Assembly: GCF_009914755.1 (NCBI RefSeq)
Contig: NC_060928.1
Direction: 5' to 3' (one strand)
DNA length: 64,000 nucleotides
Source: the human T2T-CHM13v2.0 reference genome, Homo sapiens
Shown: one piece after another, positions 12,159-26,396 of the stretch
Numbering within the stretch: the first letter of the stretch is position 1
How the letters are laid out: every line of letters begins with the position of its first letter
Notes under the pieces: model-generated
What the model saw: the letters and a program-made list of their open reading frames with translations, nothing else
What the model was told of the DNA's origin: nothing
The model's database searches: none
Translations under genes and position numbers: made by a program

Positions 12159-13751
12159 ATGGAGGACGACTCACTCTACTTGGGAGGTGAGTGGCAGTTC
12201 AACCACTTTTCAAAACTCACATCTTCTCGGCCCGATGCAGCTTTTGCTGAAATCCAGCGGACTTCTCTCCCTGAGAAGTCACCACTCTCATGTGAGACCC
12301 GTGTCGACCTCTGTGATGATTTGGCTCCTGTGGCAAGACAGCTTGCTCCCAGGGAGAAGCTTCCTCTGAGTAGCAGGAGACCTGCTGCGGTGGGGGCTGG
12401 GCTCCAGAATATGGGAAATACCTGCTACGTGAACGCTTCCTTGCAGTGCCTGACATACACACCGCCCCTTGCCAACTACATGCTGTCCCGGGAGCACTCT
12501 CAAACGTGTCATCGTCACAAGGGCTGCATGCTCTGTACTATGCAAGCTCACATCACACGGGCCCTCCACAATCCTGGCCACGTCATCCAGCCCTCACAGG
12601 CATTGGCTGCTGGCTTCCATAGAGGCAAGCAGGAAGATGCCCATGAATTTCTCATGTTCACTGTGGATGCCATGAAAAAGGCATGCCTTCCCGGGCACAA
12701 GCAGGTAGATCATCACTCTAAGGACACCACCCTCATCCACCAAATATTTGGAGGCTACTGGAGATCTCAAATCAAGTGTCTCCACTGCCACGGCATTTCA
12801 GACACTTTTGACCCTTACCTGGACATCGCCCTGGATATCCAGGCAGCTCAGAGTGTCCAGCAAGCTTTGGAACAGTTGGTGAAGCCCGAAGAACTCAATG
12901 GAGAGAATGCCTATCATTGTGGTGTTTGTCTCCAGAGGGCGCCGGCCTCCAAGACGTTAACTTTACACACCTCTGCCAAGGTCCTCATCCTTGTATTGAA
13001 GAGATTCTCCGATGTCACAGGCAACAAGATTGCCAAGAATGTGCAATATCCTGAGTGCCTTGACATGCAGCCATACATGTCTCAGCAGAACACAGGACCT
13101 CTTGTCTATGTCCTCTATGCTGTGCTGGTCCACGCTGGGTGGAGTTGTCACAACGGACATTACTTCTCTTATGTCAAAGCTCAAGAAGGCCAGTGGTATA
13201 AAATGGATGATGCCGAGGTCACCGCCTCTAGCATCACTTCTGTCCTGAGTCAACAGGCCTACGTCCTCTTTTACATCCAGAAGAGTGAATGGGAAAGACA
13301 CAGTGAGAGTGTGTCAAGAGGCAGGGAACCAAGAGCCCTTGGCGCAGAAGACACAGACAGGCGAGCAACGCAAGGAGAGCTCAAGAGAGACCACCCCTGC
13401 CTCCAGGCCCCCGAGTTGGACGAGCACTTGGTGGAAAGAGCCACTCAGGAAAGCACCTTAGACCACTGGAAATTCCTTCAAGAGCAAAACAAAACGAAGC
13501 CTGAGTTCAACGTCAGAAAAGTCGAAGGTACCCTGCCTCCCGACGTACTTGTGATTCATCAATCAAAATACAAGTGTGGGATGAAGAACCATCATCCTGA
13601 ACAGCAAAGCTCCCTGCTAAACCTCTCTTCGACGACCCCGACACATCAGGAGTCCATGAACACTGGCACACTCGCTTCCCTGCGAGGGAGGGCCAGGAGA
13701 TCCAAAGGGAAGAACAAACACAGCAAGAGGGCTCTGCTTGTGTGCCAGTGA
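12159..13751 (+). CDS. USP17L: USP17-like deubiquitinase, 530 aa, copy 3
   Basis: Protein identical to copy 1. Confidence 0.97.
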   Translation: MEDDSLYLGGEWQFNHFSKLTSSRPDAAFAEIQRTSLPEKSPLSCETRVDLCDDLAPVARQLAPREKLPLSSRRPAAVGAGLQNMGNTCYVNASLQCLTYTPPLANYMLSREHSQTCHRHKGCMLCTMQAHITRALHNPGHVIQPSQALAAGFHRGKQEDAHEFLMFTVDAMKKACLPGHKQVDHHSKDTTLIHQIFGGYWRSQIKCLHCHGISDTFDPYLDIALDIQAAQSVQQALEQLVKPEELNGENAYHCGVCLQRAPASKTLTLHTSAKVLILVLKRFSDVTGNKIAKNVQYPECLDMQPYMSQQNTGPLVYVLYAVLVHAGWSCHNGHYFSYVKAQEGQWYKMDDAEVTASSITSVLSQQAYVLFYIQKSEWERHSESVSRGREPRALGAEDTDRRATQGELKRDHPCLQAPELDEHLVERATQESTLDHWKFLQEQNKTKPEFNVRKVEGTLPPDVLVIHQSKYKCGMKNHHPEQQSSLLNLSSTTPTHQESMNTGTLASLRGRARRSKGKNKHSKRALLVCQ

Positions 13752-16700
13752 TCTCAGTGGAAGTACCGACCCACACGTAGGGGTGCACACACACACGCAC
13801 ACACACAGACACACACATAACTACACCCAGAAGCGCGCACGCAAACACACACACACCCACACAAACACGAACACCGTCAATCCTACATAAACTAATGAGG
13901 AGCCCAAGTTTCTGTCTCTACAACAGGGACAACTGGATAGTGATGGCTACATCTCAGGATGAGCCCGCATATGGGAAACATCAAGTTTTGGGGTCGTGAG
14001 TCTTCCGAACCTCTGGAGGGACTGTCTGAGTGTTTGTGTTCATGATAGGCGACATTCAGTGTGTATTTCTGAATATGACCTACCGACGTGTAGGTTTGCG
14101 TGTGAGGTAATTGCAGGGGACTCGGTTTCGTATTTTCTCTTGGGGTGTGTTTCATTCGTCAGTTGTTGGTCGGCATGAGAAGGTGAAAGGTGGCTCATGT
14201 GGGACATCCGTGGATCATTCTCGCCACCTTGAATAGTGGAAGCTGGAATGCATTTGGAAGAGAAGAACGGTGCTCTTCTTTCTTCCCCGGGCTCGCCGTT
14301 TTTACACTGGTTCCTGAATGGACCTCAGGCGCCCTGGGACTTGTGCTCTTGCTGGAACCCACATAACGCCGGAAGCGGACAGACCGACTTGCCTGTTTCA
14401 CGGTGCCCGCTTCCCATGAGTCGAAACGGAAAATTTTCCCACGGGCATGTAAGTCATCTGGAAGTAAGCTGTATTGATAATAAAGGAAAGCAAACACAGG
14501 AGTGTGTGTATTCAACTGAAATAAATTCAGAAAGCCCTGAAATCAATCTCACTGGGTGTGTTTAAAAATGGCATTTGGGGAATTTCTGGGTCATTTGTCC
14601 AGCTGCGAAAGCTGCATCTCTGAAGCACAGTCCCTGTCCCGCAGTGAGACTTATTTATCCGACGTGGTGTTTCCGTGGAAATGATTGTGGGAAATGGCCC
14701 CTTCCTTTGCTCTATTTGCTGATTAGACTTCATGGTCCCTTTCTCGTCAGGTACAGTGATCAAAGTTGACCAACCCCAGAGGAAAGCTGCCCAGGGCACA
14801 ACTCAGGGCTCCGTAGAACCACAGAATCTTGGGCGCAACCCTGCTCAAGCACCCAAATGTGCATACGAACAGGGTCTCCGTGTGACGTGTGTGAAAACTA
14901 CAGTGTGATGAGCATGACTGGCAGACAGCTTATCGATTGGGCTCCCCTCAAAATCGGTTATGAGCATTCAAGCACACCGATGCCCAGGTCCCGGCTGCAG
15001 GAATAAGACCCTCCAGGGTCTTGTGTGAAGCCTCGGCATCTGCATTGCTCATGCTTCTGGGGATCATTCTCCTGAAAATGGTGGCTCCTTTCTCCCTGTG
15101 GAGCATCTTTCTAAGCAGTGCTCTTTTCTTCCCCCAGGACACTTTACATCCGGCACAGGAAGCCTTCTGATGGAGCACACCTGGCCCATGAAAAGACAAG
15201 GGAAAGAAACGGGGCCAAAGGTCACAGTCCTCTCATCCCATCATCCTCCTTAAAATCATCCTAATTTCATGGGCCCTGAAGCCAGGGCTGTTTCTTTACA
15301 CCTAGAGGCCTTGGCGCCGGGCCTCAATTCCGCCCTGTTCCTTACCGTCTAAGACATGTTGGGAAAATCCCTAGAGCCAGGATCTTCATTCCCGCTAAGC
15401 CAGACAGCCGGAAGACACACCCAAATTCTGTCCCTCTTACTTCAGGGAACATGTCCACTTTCGGCAGCATTACAATTTTGGCACCAAATGTGCTAACTGC
15501 AATTCCACCATACAATGCGTAACTGGAAATGGAGGCAACATCTCCGATCCTGAACGATCGATGCGAGAATCCAGGATATGCACGGCTTATTTTGGCCTTT
15601 TCCCACTGAAACAAGGGCCAGTATTAAAAATGGCACGCTATCCTCTGTTTCACTCCCTGCTTTTAAACGTCTCCGATGTTTCTCCCTGAGACAGGGCCTC
15701 ACTTCCGTCAGCCGGGCTTTTCTACGGTATAATTTTCCTTGTTTGCTTTTGTCCAAATTAGAACTTTTTATTTCATCTCTAGGAAACGTTGATCCATTAT
15801 CACATACGTATGGAAATATTATCACACATGCTGTGAGATACGTTGTTTTTATTTTCATCAATTCCTTAATAAACAAAAGGTTATAGCTGGGATACCTTCT
15901 GAGTTCTCAAGTTTTTTGTTTCGTGTTTTCTTAAACTGCCGTCGCACGTCCGAAACCGCTCACTATGCAGTGTCATGACCGTCTCTCTTTTCTGGCAAAC
16001 ATAAATTTGGGGATTGTCATCAATTAGTCTCTCGGGGATTGCATGATTTCCCCAAAGGCTTTCACAGTCTACTTTGTGCACTGAGTATCTCTTCAAACTT
16101 CAGTGCATGTTTCTACCATTTGATGCTTTCTTATTTGGCAATCTAGCTTCCACAAGAGCATTTCATGCAAAGACTTGTCTTGTTCTCCACTGGCAGGTAA
16201 TTTCACTCGGACAGAGAATCAATAGGCTCAACGTGGAAAGGTTATCGCTGGAAGGTCTGTTTGATTCCACGGATCTCTCCTTTCTCACTAGGGAAGAAAA
16301 TACGCTGTGCTAAATACTATACTTCATTGACTATTCTCAGGTCAGAAAGCGCACTTTCGACTTCTTGTCCTTCCGTCGCTGAGAGGATGATGGCAGCTGC
16401 CAAAAGTACCTACTTGGAGGTTCATCCCAGCACAAACACACACACACACACGCCCCCCCACACACACACACAAACACACTCACAAACACACACGCACACG
16501 GTTTCCTAGGTAAAGATTTCTTCCCTGCCATTGCTTTACCTAAAATAAGGCAACTGTGAGGCCGCTGTCCCAACCCGGTTACACTCCTATTATATGTGCC
16601 TATCATCCTGAGGAGTAATTTGATTCAGGTGTTCTGGAAGTCATGCTGTGGGCTGTGTCTGTTGAATTCCCAGCGATGCCAGGGGACACACCCTGTGACT

Positions 16701-16904
16701 CCTTCCTGAATTGAGTGCTGATATTTGATTGGCTTATCGCGCACCTGATGAGTGGGTGGGGTGTTCGCGGTTGGTGGGGGTGACTTACAGAAGGGCTGAT
16801 GCGGCCAGAGAGCTCGTCATTTGAAGACTCTCTCGGAAGGGATAGCGTCTTTCTGCAACCTGCGGTCCCAGCAGACAAACCTTGTGATCCTCGTTCCAGT
16901 CGAC

Positions 16905-18497
16905 ATGGAGGACGACTCACTCTACTTGGGAGGTGAGTGGCAGTTCAACCACTTTTCAAAACTCACATCTTCTCGGCCCGATGCAGCTTTTGCTGAAATC
17001 CAGCGGACTTCTCTCCCTGAGAAGTCACCACTCTCATGTGAGACCCGTGTCGACCTCTGTGATGATTTGGCTCCTGTGGCAAGACAGCTTGCTCCCAGGG
17101 AGAAGCTTCCTCTGAGTAGCAGGAGACCTGCTGCGGTGGGGGCTGGGCTCCAGAATATGGGAAATACCTGCTACGTGAACGCTTCCTTGCAGTGCCTGAC
17201 ATACACACCGCCCCTTGCCAACTACATGCTGTCCCGGGAGCACTCTCAAACGTGTCATCGTCACAAGGGCTGCATGCTCTGTACTATGCAAGCTCACATC
17301 ACACGGGCCCTCCACAATCCTGGCCACGTCATCCAGCCCTCACAGGCATTGGCTGCTGGCTTCCATAGAGGCAAGCAGGAAGATGCCCATGAATTTCTCA
17401 TGTTCACTGTGGATGCCATGAAAAAGGCATGCCTTCCCGGGCACAAGCAGGTAGATCATCACTCTAAGGACACCACCCTCATCCACCAAATATTTGGAGG
17501 CTACTGGAGATCTCAAATCAAGTGTCTCCACTGCCACGGCATTTCAGACACTTTTGACCCTTACCTGGACATCGCCCTGGATATCCAGGCAGCTCAGAGT
17601 GTCCAGCAAGCTTTGGAACAGTTGGTGAAGCCCGAAGAACTCAATGGAGAGAATGCCTATCATTGTGGTGTTTGTCTCCAGAGGGCGCCGGCCTCCAAGA
17701 CGTTAACTTTACACACCTCTGCCAAGGTCCTCATCCTTGTATTGAAGAGATTCTCCGATGTCACAGGCAACAAGATTGCCAAGAATGTGCAATATCCTGA
17801 GTGCCTTGACATGCAGCCATACATGTCTCAGCAGAACACAGGACCTCTTGTCTATGTCCTCTATGCTGTGCTGGTCCACGCTGGGTGGAGTTGTCACAAC
17901 GGACATTACTTCTCTTATGTCAAAGCTCAAGAAGGCCAGTGGTATAAAATGGATGATGCCGAGGTCACCGCCTCTAGCATCACTTCTGTCCTGAGTCAAC
18001 AGGCCTACGTCCTCTTTTACATCCAGAAGAGTGAATGGGAAAGACACAGTGAGAGTGTGTCAAGAGGCAGGGAACCAAGAGCCCTTGGCGCAGAAGACAC
18101 AGACAGGCGAGCAACGCAAGGAGAGCTCAAGAGAGACCACCCCTGCCTCCAGGCCCCCGAGTTGGACGAGCACTTGGTGGAAAGAGCCACTCAGGAAAGC
18201 ACCTTAGACCACTGGAAATTCCTTCAAGAGCAAAACAAAACGAAGCCTGAGTTCAACGTCAGAAAAGTCGAAGGTACCCTGCCTCCCGACGTACTTGTGA
18301 TTCATCAATCAAAATACAAGTGTGGGATGAAGAACCATCATCCTGAACAGCAAAGCTCCCTGCTAAACCTCTCTTCGACGACCCCGACACATCAGGAGTC
18401 CATGAACACTGGCACACTCGCTTCCCTGCGAGGGAGGGCCAGGAGATCCAAAGGGAAGAACAAACACAGCAAGAGGGCTCTGCTTGTGTGCCAGTGA
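16905..18497 (+). CDS. USP17L: USP17-like deubiquitinase, 530 aa, copy 4
   Basis: Protein identical to copy 1. Confidence 0.97.
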   Translation: MEDDSLYLGGEWQFNHFSKLTSSRPDAAFAEIQRTSLPEKSPLSCETRVDLCDDLAPVARQLAPREKLPLSSRRPAAVGAGLQNMGNTCYVNASLQCLTYTPPLANYMLSREHSQTCHRHKGCMLCTMQAHITRALHNPGHVIQPSQALAAGFHRGKQEDAHEFLMFTVDAMKKACLPGHKQVDHHSKDTTLIHQIFGGYWRSQIKCLHCHGISDTFDPYLDIALDIQAAQSVQQALEQLVKPEELNGENAYHCGVCLQRAPASKTLTLHTSAKVLILVLKRFSDVTGNKIAKNVQYPECLDMQPYMSQQNTGPLVYVLYAVLVHAGWSCHNGHYFSYVKAQEGQWYKMDDAEVTASSITSVLSQQAYVLFYIQKSEWERHSESVSRGREPRALGAEDTDRRATQGELKRDHPCLQAPELDEHLVERATQESTLDHWKFLQEQNKTKPEFNVRKVEGTLPPDVLVIHQSKYKCGMKNHHPEQQSSLLNLSSTTPTHQESMNTGTLASLRGRARRSKGKNKHSKRALLVCQ

Positions 18498-21400
18498 TCT
18501 CAGTGGAAGTACCGACCCACACGTAGGGGTGCACACACACACGCACACACACAGACACACACATAACTACACCCAGAAGCGCGCACGCAAACACACACAC
18601 ACCCACACAAACACGAACACCGTCAATCCTACATAAACTAATGAGGAGCCCAAGTTTCTGTCTCTACAACAGGGACAACTGGATAGTGATGGCTACATCT
18701 CAGGATGAGCCCGCATATGGGAAACATCAAGTTTTGGGGTCGTGAGTCTTCCGAACCTCTGGAGGGACTGTCTGAGTGTTTGTGTTCATGATAGGCGACA
18801 TTCAGTGTGTATTTCTGAATATGACCTACCGACGTGTAGGTTTGCGTGTGAGGTAATTGCAGGGGACTCGGTTTCGTATTTTCTCTTGGGGTGTGTTTCA
18901 TTCGTCAGTTGTTGGTCGGCATGAGAAGGTGAAAGGTGGCTCATGTGGGACATCCGTGGATCATTCTCGCCACCTTGAATAGTGGAAGCTGGAATGCATT
19001 TGGAAGAGAAGAACGGTGCTCTTCTTTCTTCCCCGGGCTCGCCGTTTTTACACTGGTTCCTGAATGGACCTCAGGCGCCCTGGGACTTGTGCTCTTGCTG
19101 GAACCCACATAACGCCGGAAGCGGACAGACCGACTTGCCTGTTTCACGGTGCCCGCTTCCCATGAGTCGAAACGGAAAATTTTCCCACGGGCATGTAAGT
19201 CATCTGGAAGTAAGCTGTATTGATAATAAAGGAAAGCAAACACAGGAGTGTGTGTATTCAACTGAAATAAATTCAGAAAGCCCTGAAATCAATCTCACTG
19301 GGTGTGTTTAAAAATGGCATTTGGGGAATTTCTGGGTCATTTGTCCAGCTGCGAAAGCTGCATCTCTGAAGCACAGTCCCTGTCCCGCAGTGAGACTTAT
19401 TTATCCGACGTGGTGTTTCCGTGGAAATGATTGTGGGAAATGGCCCCTTCCTTTGCTCTATTTGCTGATTAGACTTCATGGTCCCTTTCTCGTCAGGTAC
19501 AGTGATCAAAGTTGACCAACCCCAGAGGAAAGCTGCCCAGGGCACAACTCAGGGCTCCGTAGAACCACAGAATCTTGGGCGCAACCCTGCTCAAGCACCC
19601 AAATGTGCATACGAACAGGGTCTCCGTGTGACGTGTGTGAAAACTACAGTGTGATGAGCATGACTGGCAGACAGCTTATCGATTGGGCTCCCCTCAAAAT
19701 CGGTTATGAGCATTCAAGCACACCGATGCCCAGGTCCCGGCTGCAGGAATAAGACCCTCCAGGGTCTTGTGTGAAGCCTCGGCATCTGCATTGCTCATGC
19801 TTCTGGGGATCATTCTCCTGAAAATGGTGGCTCCTTTCTCCCTGTGGAGCATCTTTCTAAGCAGTGCTCTTTTCTTCCCCCAGGACACTTTACATCCGGC
19901 ACAGGAAGCCTTCTGATGGAGCACACCTGGCCCATGAAAAGACAAGGGAAAGAAACGGGGCCAAAGGTCACAGTCCTCTCATCCCATCATCCTCCTTAAA
20001 ATCATCCTAATTTCATGGGCCCTGAAGCCAGGGCTGTTTCTTTACACCTAGAGGCCTTGGCGCCGGGCCTCAATTCCGCCCTGTTCCTTACCGTCTAAGA
20101 CATGTTGGGAAAATCCCTAGAGCCAGGATCTTCATTCCCGCTAAGCCAGACAGCCGGAAGACACACCCAAATTCTGTCCCTCTTACTTCAGGGAACATGT
20201 CCACTTTCGGCAGCATTACAATTTTGGCACCAAATGTGCTAACTGCAATTCCACCATACAATGCGTAACTGGAAATGGAGGCAACATCTCCGATCCTGAA
20301 CGATCGATGCGAGAATCCAGGATATGCACGGCTTATTTTGGCCTTTTCCCACTGAAACAAGGGCCAGTATTAAAAATGGCACGCTATCCTCTGTTTCACT
20401 CCCTGCTTTTAAACGTCTCCGATGTTTCTCCCTGAGACAGGGCCTCACTTCCGTCAGCCGGGCTTTTCTACGGTATAATTTTCCTTGTTTGCTTTTGTCC
20501 AAATTAGAACTTTTTATTTCATCTCTAGGAAACGTTGATCCATTATCACATACGTATGGAAATATTATCACACATGCTGTGAGATACGTTGTTTTTATTT
20601 TCATCAATTCCTTAATAAACAAAAGGTTATAGCTGGGATACCTTCTGAGTTCTCAAGTTTTTTGTTTCGTGTTTTCTTAAACTGCCGTCGCACGTCCGAA
20701 ACCGCTCACTATGCAGTGTCATGACCGTCTCTCTTTTCTGGCAAACATAAATTTGGGGATTGTCATCAATTAGTCTCTCGGGGATTGCATGATTTCCCCA
20801 AAGGCTTTCACAGTCTACTTTGTGCACTGAGTATCTCTTCAAACTTCAGTGCATGTTTCTACCATTTGATGCTTTCTTATTTGGCAATCTAGCTTCCACA
20901 AGAGCATTTCATGCAAAGACTTGTCTTGTTCTCCACTGGCAGGTAATTTCACTCGGACAGAGAATCAATAGGCTCAACGTGGAAAGGTTATCGCTGGAAG
21001 GTCTGTTTGATTCCACGGATCTCTCCTTTCTCACTAGGGAAGAAAATACGCTGTGCTAAATACTATACTTCATTGACTATTCTCAGGTCAGAAAGCGCAC
21101 TTTCGACTTCTTGTCCTTCCGTCGCTGAGAGGATGATGGCAGCTGCCAAAAGTACCTACTTGGAGGTTCATCCCAGCACAAACACACACACACACACGCC
21201 CCCCCACACACACACACAAACACACTCACACACACACACGCACACGGTTTCCTAGGTAAAGATTTCTTCCCTGCCATTGCTTTACCTAAAATAAGGCAAC
21301 TGTGAGGCCGCTGTCCCAACCCGGTTACACTCCTATTATATGTGCCTATCATCCTGAGGAGTAATTTGATTCAGGTGTTCTGGAAGTCATGCTGTGGGCT

Positions 21401-21650
21401 GTGTCTGTTGAATTCCCAGCGATGCCAGGGGACACACCCTGTGACTCCTTCCTGAATTGAGTGCTGATATTTGATTGGCTTATCGCGCACCTGATGAGTG
21501 GGTGGGGTGTTCGCGGTTGGTGGGGGTGACTTACAGAAGGGCTGATGCGGCCAGAGAGCTCGTCATTTGAAGACTCTCTCGGAAGGGATAGCGTCTTTCT
21601 GCAACCTGCGGTCCCAGCAGACAAACCTTGTGATCCTCGTTCCAGTCGAC

Positions 21651-23243
21651 ATGGAGGACGACTCACTCTACTTGGGAGGTGAGTGGCAGTTCAACCACTT
21701 TTCAAAACTCACATCTTCTCGGCCCGATGCAGCTTTTGCTGAAATCCAGCGGACTTCTCTCCCTGAGAAGTCACCACTCTCATGTGAGACCCGTGTCGAC
21801 CTCTGTGATGATTTGGCTCCTGTGGCAAGACAGCTTGCTCCCAGGGAGAAGCTTCCTCTGAGTAGCAGGAGACCTGCTGCGGTGGGGGCTGGGCTCCAGA
21901 ATATGGGAAATACCTGCTACGTGAACGCTTCCTTGCAGTGCCTGACATACACACCGCCCCTTGCCAACTACATGCTGTCCCGGGAGCACTCTCAAACGTG
22001 TCATCGTCACAAGGGCTGCATGCTCTGTACTATGCAAGCTCACATCACACGGGCCCTCCACAATCCTGGCCACGTCATCCAGCCCTCACAGGCATTGGCT
22101 GCTGGCTTCCATAGAGGCAAGCAGGAAGATGCCCATGAATTTCTCATGTTCACTGTGGATGCCATGAAAAAGGCATGCCTTCCCGGGCACAAGCAGGTAG
22201 ATCATCACTCTAAGGACACCACCCTCATCCACCAAATATTTGGAGGCTACTGGAGATCTCAAATCAAGTGTCTCCACTGCCACGGCATTTCAGACACTTT
22301 TGACCCTTACCTGGACATCGCCCTGGATATCCAGGCAGCTCAGAGTGTCCAGCAAGCTTTGGAACAGTTGGTGAAGCCCGAAGAACTCAATGGAGAGAAT
22401 GCCTATCATTGTGGTGTTTGTCTCCAGAGGGCGCCGGCCTCCAAGACGTTAACTTTACACACCTCTGCCAAGGTCCTCATCCTTGTATTGAAGAGATTCT
22501 CCGATGTCACAGGCAACAAGATTGCCAAGAATGTGCAATATCCTGAGTGCCTTGACATGCAGCCATACATGTCTCAGCAGAACACAGGACCTCTTGTCTA
22601 TGTCCTCTATGCTGTGCTGGTCCACGCTGGGTGGAGTTGTCACAACGGACATTACTTCTCTTATGTCAAAGCTCAAGAAGGCCAGTGGTATAAAATGGAT
22701 GATGCCGAGGTCACCGCCTCTAGCATCACTTCTGTCCTGAGTCAACAGGCCTACGTCCTCTTTTACATCCAGAAGAGTGAATGGGAAAGACACAGTGAGA
22801 GTGTGTCAAGAGGCAGGGAACCAAGAGCCCTTGGCGCAGAAGACACAGACAGGCGAGCAACGCAAGGAGAGCTCAAGAGAGACCACCCCTGCCTCCAGGC
22901 CCCCGAGTTGGACGAGCACTTGGTGGAAAGAGCCACTCAGGAAAGCACCTTAGACCACTGGAAATTCCTTCAAGAGCAAAACAAAACGAAGCCTGAGTTC
23001 AACGTCAGAAAAGTCGAAGGTACCCTGCCTCCCGACGTACTTGTGATTCATCAATCAAAATACAAGTGTGGGATGAAGAACCATCATCCTGAACAGCAAA
23101 GCTCCCTGCTAAACCTCTCTTCGACGACCCCGACACATCAGGAGTCCATGAACACTGGCACACTCGCTTCCCTGCGAGGGAGGGCCAGGAGATCCAAAGG
23201 GAAGAACAAACACAGCAAGAGGGCTCTGCTTGTGTGCCAGTGA
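21651..23243 (+). CDS. USP17L: USP17-like deubiquitinase, 530 aa, copy 5
   Basis: Protein identical to copy 1. Confidence 0.97.
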   Translation: MEDDSLYLGGEWQFNHFSKLTSSRPDAAFAEIQRTSLPEKSPLSCETRVDLCDDLAPVARQLAPREKLPLSSRRPAAVGAGLQNMGNTCYVNASLQCLTYTPPLANYMLSREHSQTCHRHKGCMLCTMQAHITRALHNPGHVIQPSQALAAGFHRGKQEDAHEFLMFTVDAMKKACLPGHKQVDHHSKDTTLIHQIFGGYWRSQIKCLHCHGISDTFDPYLDIALDIQAAQSVQQALEQLVKPEELNGENAYHCGVCLQRAPASKTLTLHTSAKVLILVLKRFSDVTGNKIAKNVQYPECLDMQPYMSQQNTGPLVYVLYAVLVHAGWSCHNGHYFSYVKAQEGQWYKMDDAEVTASSITSVLSQQAYVLFYIQKSEWERHSESVSRGREPRALGAEDTDRRATQGELKRDHPCLQAPELDEHLVERATQESTLDHWKFLQEQNKTKPEFNVRKVEGTLPPDVLVIHQSKYKCGMKNHHPEQQSSLLNLSSTTPTHQESMNTGTLASLRGRARRSKGKNKHSKRALLVCQ

Positions 23244-26200
23244 TCTCAGTGGAAGTACCGACCCACACGTAGGGGTGCACACACACACGCACACACACAG
23301 ACACACACATAACTACACCCAGAAGCGCGCACGCAAACACACACACACCCACACAAACACGAACACCGTCAATCCTACATAAACTAATGAGGAGCCCAAG
23401 TTTCTGTCTCTACAACAGGGACAACTGGATAGTGATGGCTACATCTCAGGATGAGCCCGCATATGGGAAACATCAAGTTTTGGGGTCGTGAGTCTTCCGA
23501 ACCTCTGGAGGGACTGTCTGAGTGTTTGTGTTCATGATAGGCGACATTCAGTGTGTATTTCTGAATATGACCTACCGACGTGTAGGTTTGCGTGTGAGGT
23601 AATTGCAGGGGACTCGGTTTCGTATTTTCTCTTGGGGTGTGTTTCATTCGTCAGTTGTTGGCCGGCATGAGAAGGTGAAATGTGGCTCATGTGGGACATC
23701 CGTGGATCATTCTCGCCACCTTGAATAGTGGAAACTGGAATGCATTTGGAAGAGAAGAACGGTGCTCTTCTTTCTTCCCCGGGCTCGCCGTTTTTACACT
23801 GGTTCCTGAATGGACCTCAGGCGCCCTGGGACTTGTGCTCTTGCTGGAACCCACATAACGCCGGAAGCGGACAGACCGACTTGCCTGTTACACGGTGCCC
23901 GCTTCCCATGAGTCGAAACGGAAAATTTTCCCACGGGCATGTAAGTCATCTGGAAGTAAGCTGTATTGATAATAAAGGAAAGCAAACACAGGAGTGTGTG
24001 TATTCAACTGAAATAAATTCAGAAAGCCCTGAAATCAATCTCACTGGGTGTGTTTAAAAATGGCATTTGGGGAATTTCTGGGTCATTTGTCCAGCTGCGA
24101 AAGCTGCATCTCTGAAGCACAGTCCCTGTCCCGCAGTGAGACTTATTTATCCGACGTGGTGTTTCCGTGGAAATGATTGTGGGAAATGGCCCCTTCCTTT
24201 TCTCTATTTGCTGATTAGACTTCATGGTCCCTTTCTCGTCAGGTACAGTGATCAAAGTTGACCAACCCCAGAGGAAAGCTGCCCAGGGCACAACTCAGGG
24301 CTCCGTAGAACCACAGAATCTTGGGCGCAACCCTGCTCAAGCACCCAAATGTGCATACGAACAGGGTCTCCGTGTGACGTGTGTGAAAACTACAGTGTGA
24401 TGAGCATGACTGGCAGACAGCTTATCGATTGGGCTCCCCTCAAAATCGGTTATGAGCATTCAAGCACACCGATGCCCAGGTCCCGGCTGCAGGAATAAGA
24501 CCCTCCAGGGTCTTGTGTGAAGCCTCGGCATCTGCATTGCTCATGCTTCTGGGGATCATTCTCCTGAAAATGGTGGCTCCTTTCTCCCTGTGGAGCATCT
24601 TTCTAAGCAGTGCTCTTTTCTTCCCCCAGGACACTTTACATCCGGCACAGGAAGCCTTCTGATGGAGCACACCTGGCCCATGAAAAGACAAGGGAAAGAA
24701 ACGGGGCCAAAGGTCACAGTCCTCTCATCCCATCATCCTCCTTAAAATCATCCTAATTTCATGGGCCCTGAAGCCAGGGCTGTTTCTTTACACCTAGAGG
24801 CCTTGGCGCCGGGCCTCAATTCCGCCCTGTTCCTTACCGTCTAAGACATGTTGGGAAAATCCCTAGAGCCAGGATCTTCATTCCCGCTAAGCCAGACAGC
24901 CGGAAGACACACCCAAATTCTGTCCCTCTTACTTCAGGGAACATGTCCACTTTCGGCAGCATTACAATTTTGGCACCAAATGTGCTAACTGCAATTCCAC
25001 CATACAATGCGTAACTGGAAATGGAGGCAACATCTCCGATCCTGAACGATCGATGCGAGAATCCAGGATATGCACGGCTTATTTTGGCCTTTTCCCACTG
25101 AAACAAGGGCCAGTATTAAAAATGGCACGCTATCCTCTGTTTCACTCCCTGCTTTTAAACGTCTCCGATGTTTCTCCCTGAGACAGGGCCTCACTTCCGT
25201 CAGCCGGGCTTTTCTACGGTATAATTTTCCTTGTTTGCTTTTGTCCAAATTAGAACTTTTTATTTCATCTCTAGGAAACGTTGATCCATTATCACATACG
25301 TATGGAAATATTATCACACATGCTGTGAGATACGTTGTTTTTATTTTCATCAATTCCTTAATAAACAAAAGGTTATAGCTGGGATACCTTCTGAGTTCTC
25401 AAGTTTTTTGTTTCGTGTTTTCTTAAACTGCCGTCGCACGTCCGAAACCGCTCACTATGCAGTGTCATGACCGTCTCTCTTTTCTGGCAAACATAAATTT
25501 GGGGATTGTCATCAATTAGTCTCTCGGGGATTGCATGATTTCCCCAAAGGCTTTCACAGTCTACTTTGTGCACTGAGTATCTCTTCAAACTTCAGTGCAT
25601 GTTTCTACCATTTGATGCTTTCTTATTTGGCAATCTAGCTTCCACAAGAGCATTTCATGCAAAGACTTGTCTTGTTCTCCACTGGCAGGTAATTTCACTC
25701 GGACAGAGAATCAATAGGCTCAACGTGGAAAGGTTATCGCTGGAAGGTCTGTTTGATTCCACGGATCTCTCCTTTCTCACTAGGGAAGAAAATACGCTGT
25801 GCTAAATACTATACTTCATTGACTATTCTCAGGTCAGAAAGCGCACTTTCGACTTCTTGTCCTTCCGTCGCTGAGAGGATGATGGCAGCTGCCAAAAGTA
25901 CCTACTTGGAGGTTCATCCCAGCACAAACACACACACACACACGCCCCCCCACACACACACACAAACACACTCACACACACACACGCACACGGTTTCCTA
26001 GGTAAAGATTTCTTCCCTGCCATTGCTTTACCTAAAATAAGGCAACTGTGAGGCCGCTGTCCCAACCCGGTTACACTCCTATTATATGTGCCTATCATCC
26101 TGAGGAGTAATTTGATTCAGGTGTTCTGGAAGTCATGCTGTGGGCTGTGTCTGTTGAATTCCCAGCGATGCCAGGGGACACACCCTGTGACTCCTTCCTG

Positions 26201-26396
26201 AATTGAGTGCTGATATTTGATTGGCTTATCGCGCACCTGATGAGTGGGTGGGGTGTTCGCGGTTGGTGGGGGTGACTTACAGAAGGGCTGATGCGGCCAG
26301 AGAGCTCGTCATTTGAAGACTCTCTCGGAAGGGATAGCGTCTTTCTGCAACCTGCGGTCCCAGCAGACAAACCTTGTGATCCTCGTTCCAGTCGAC

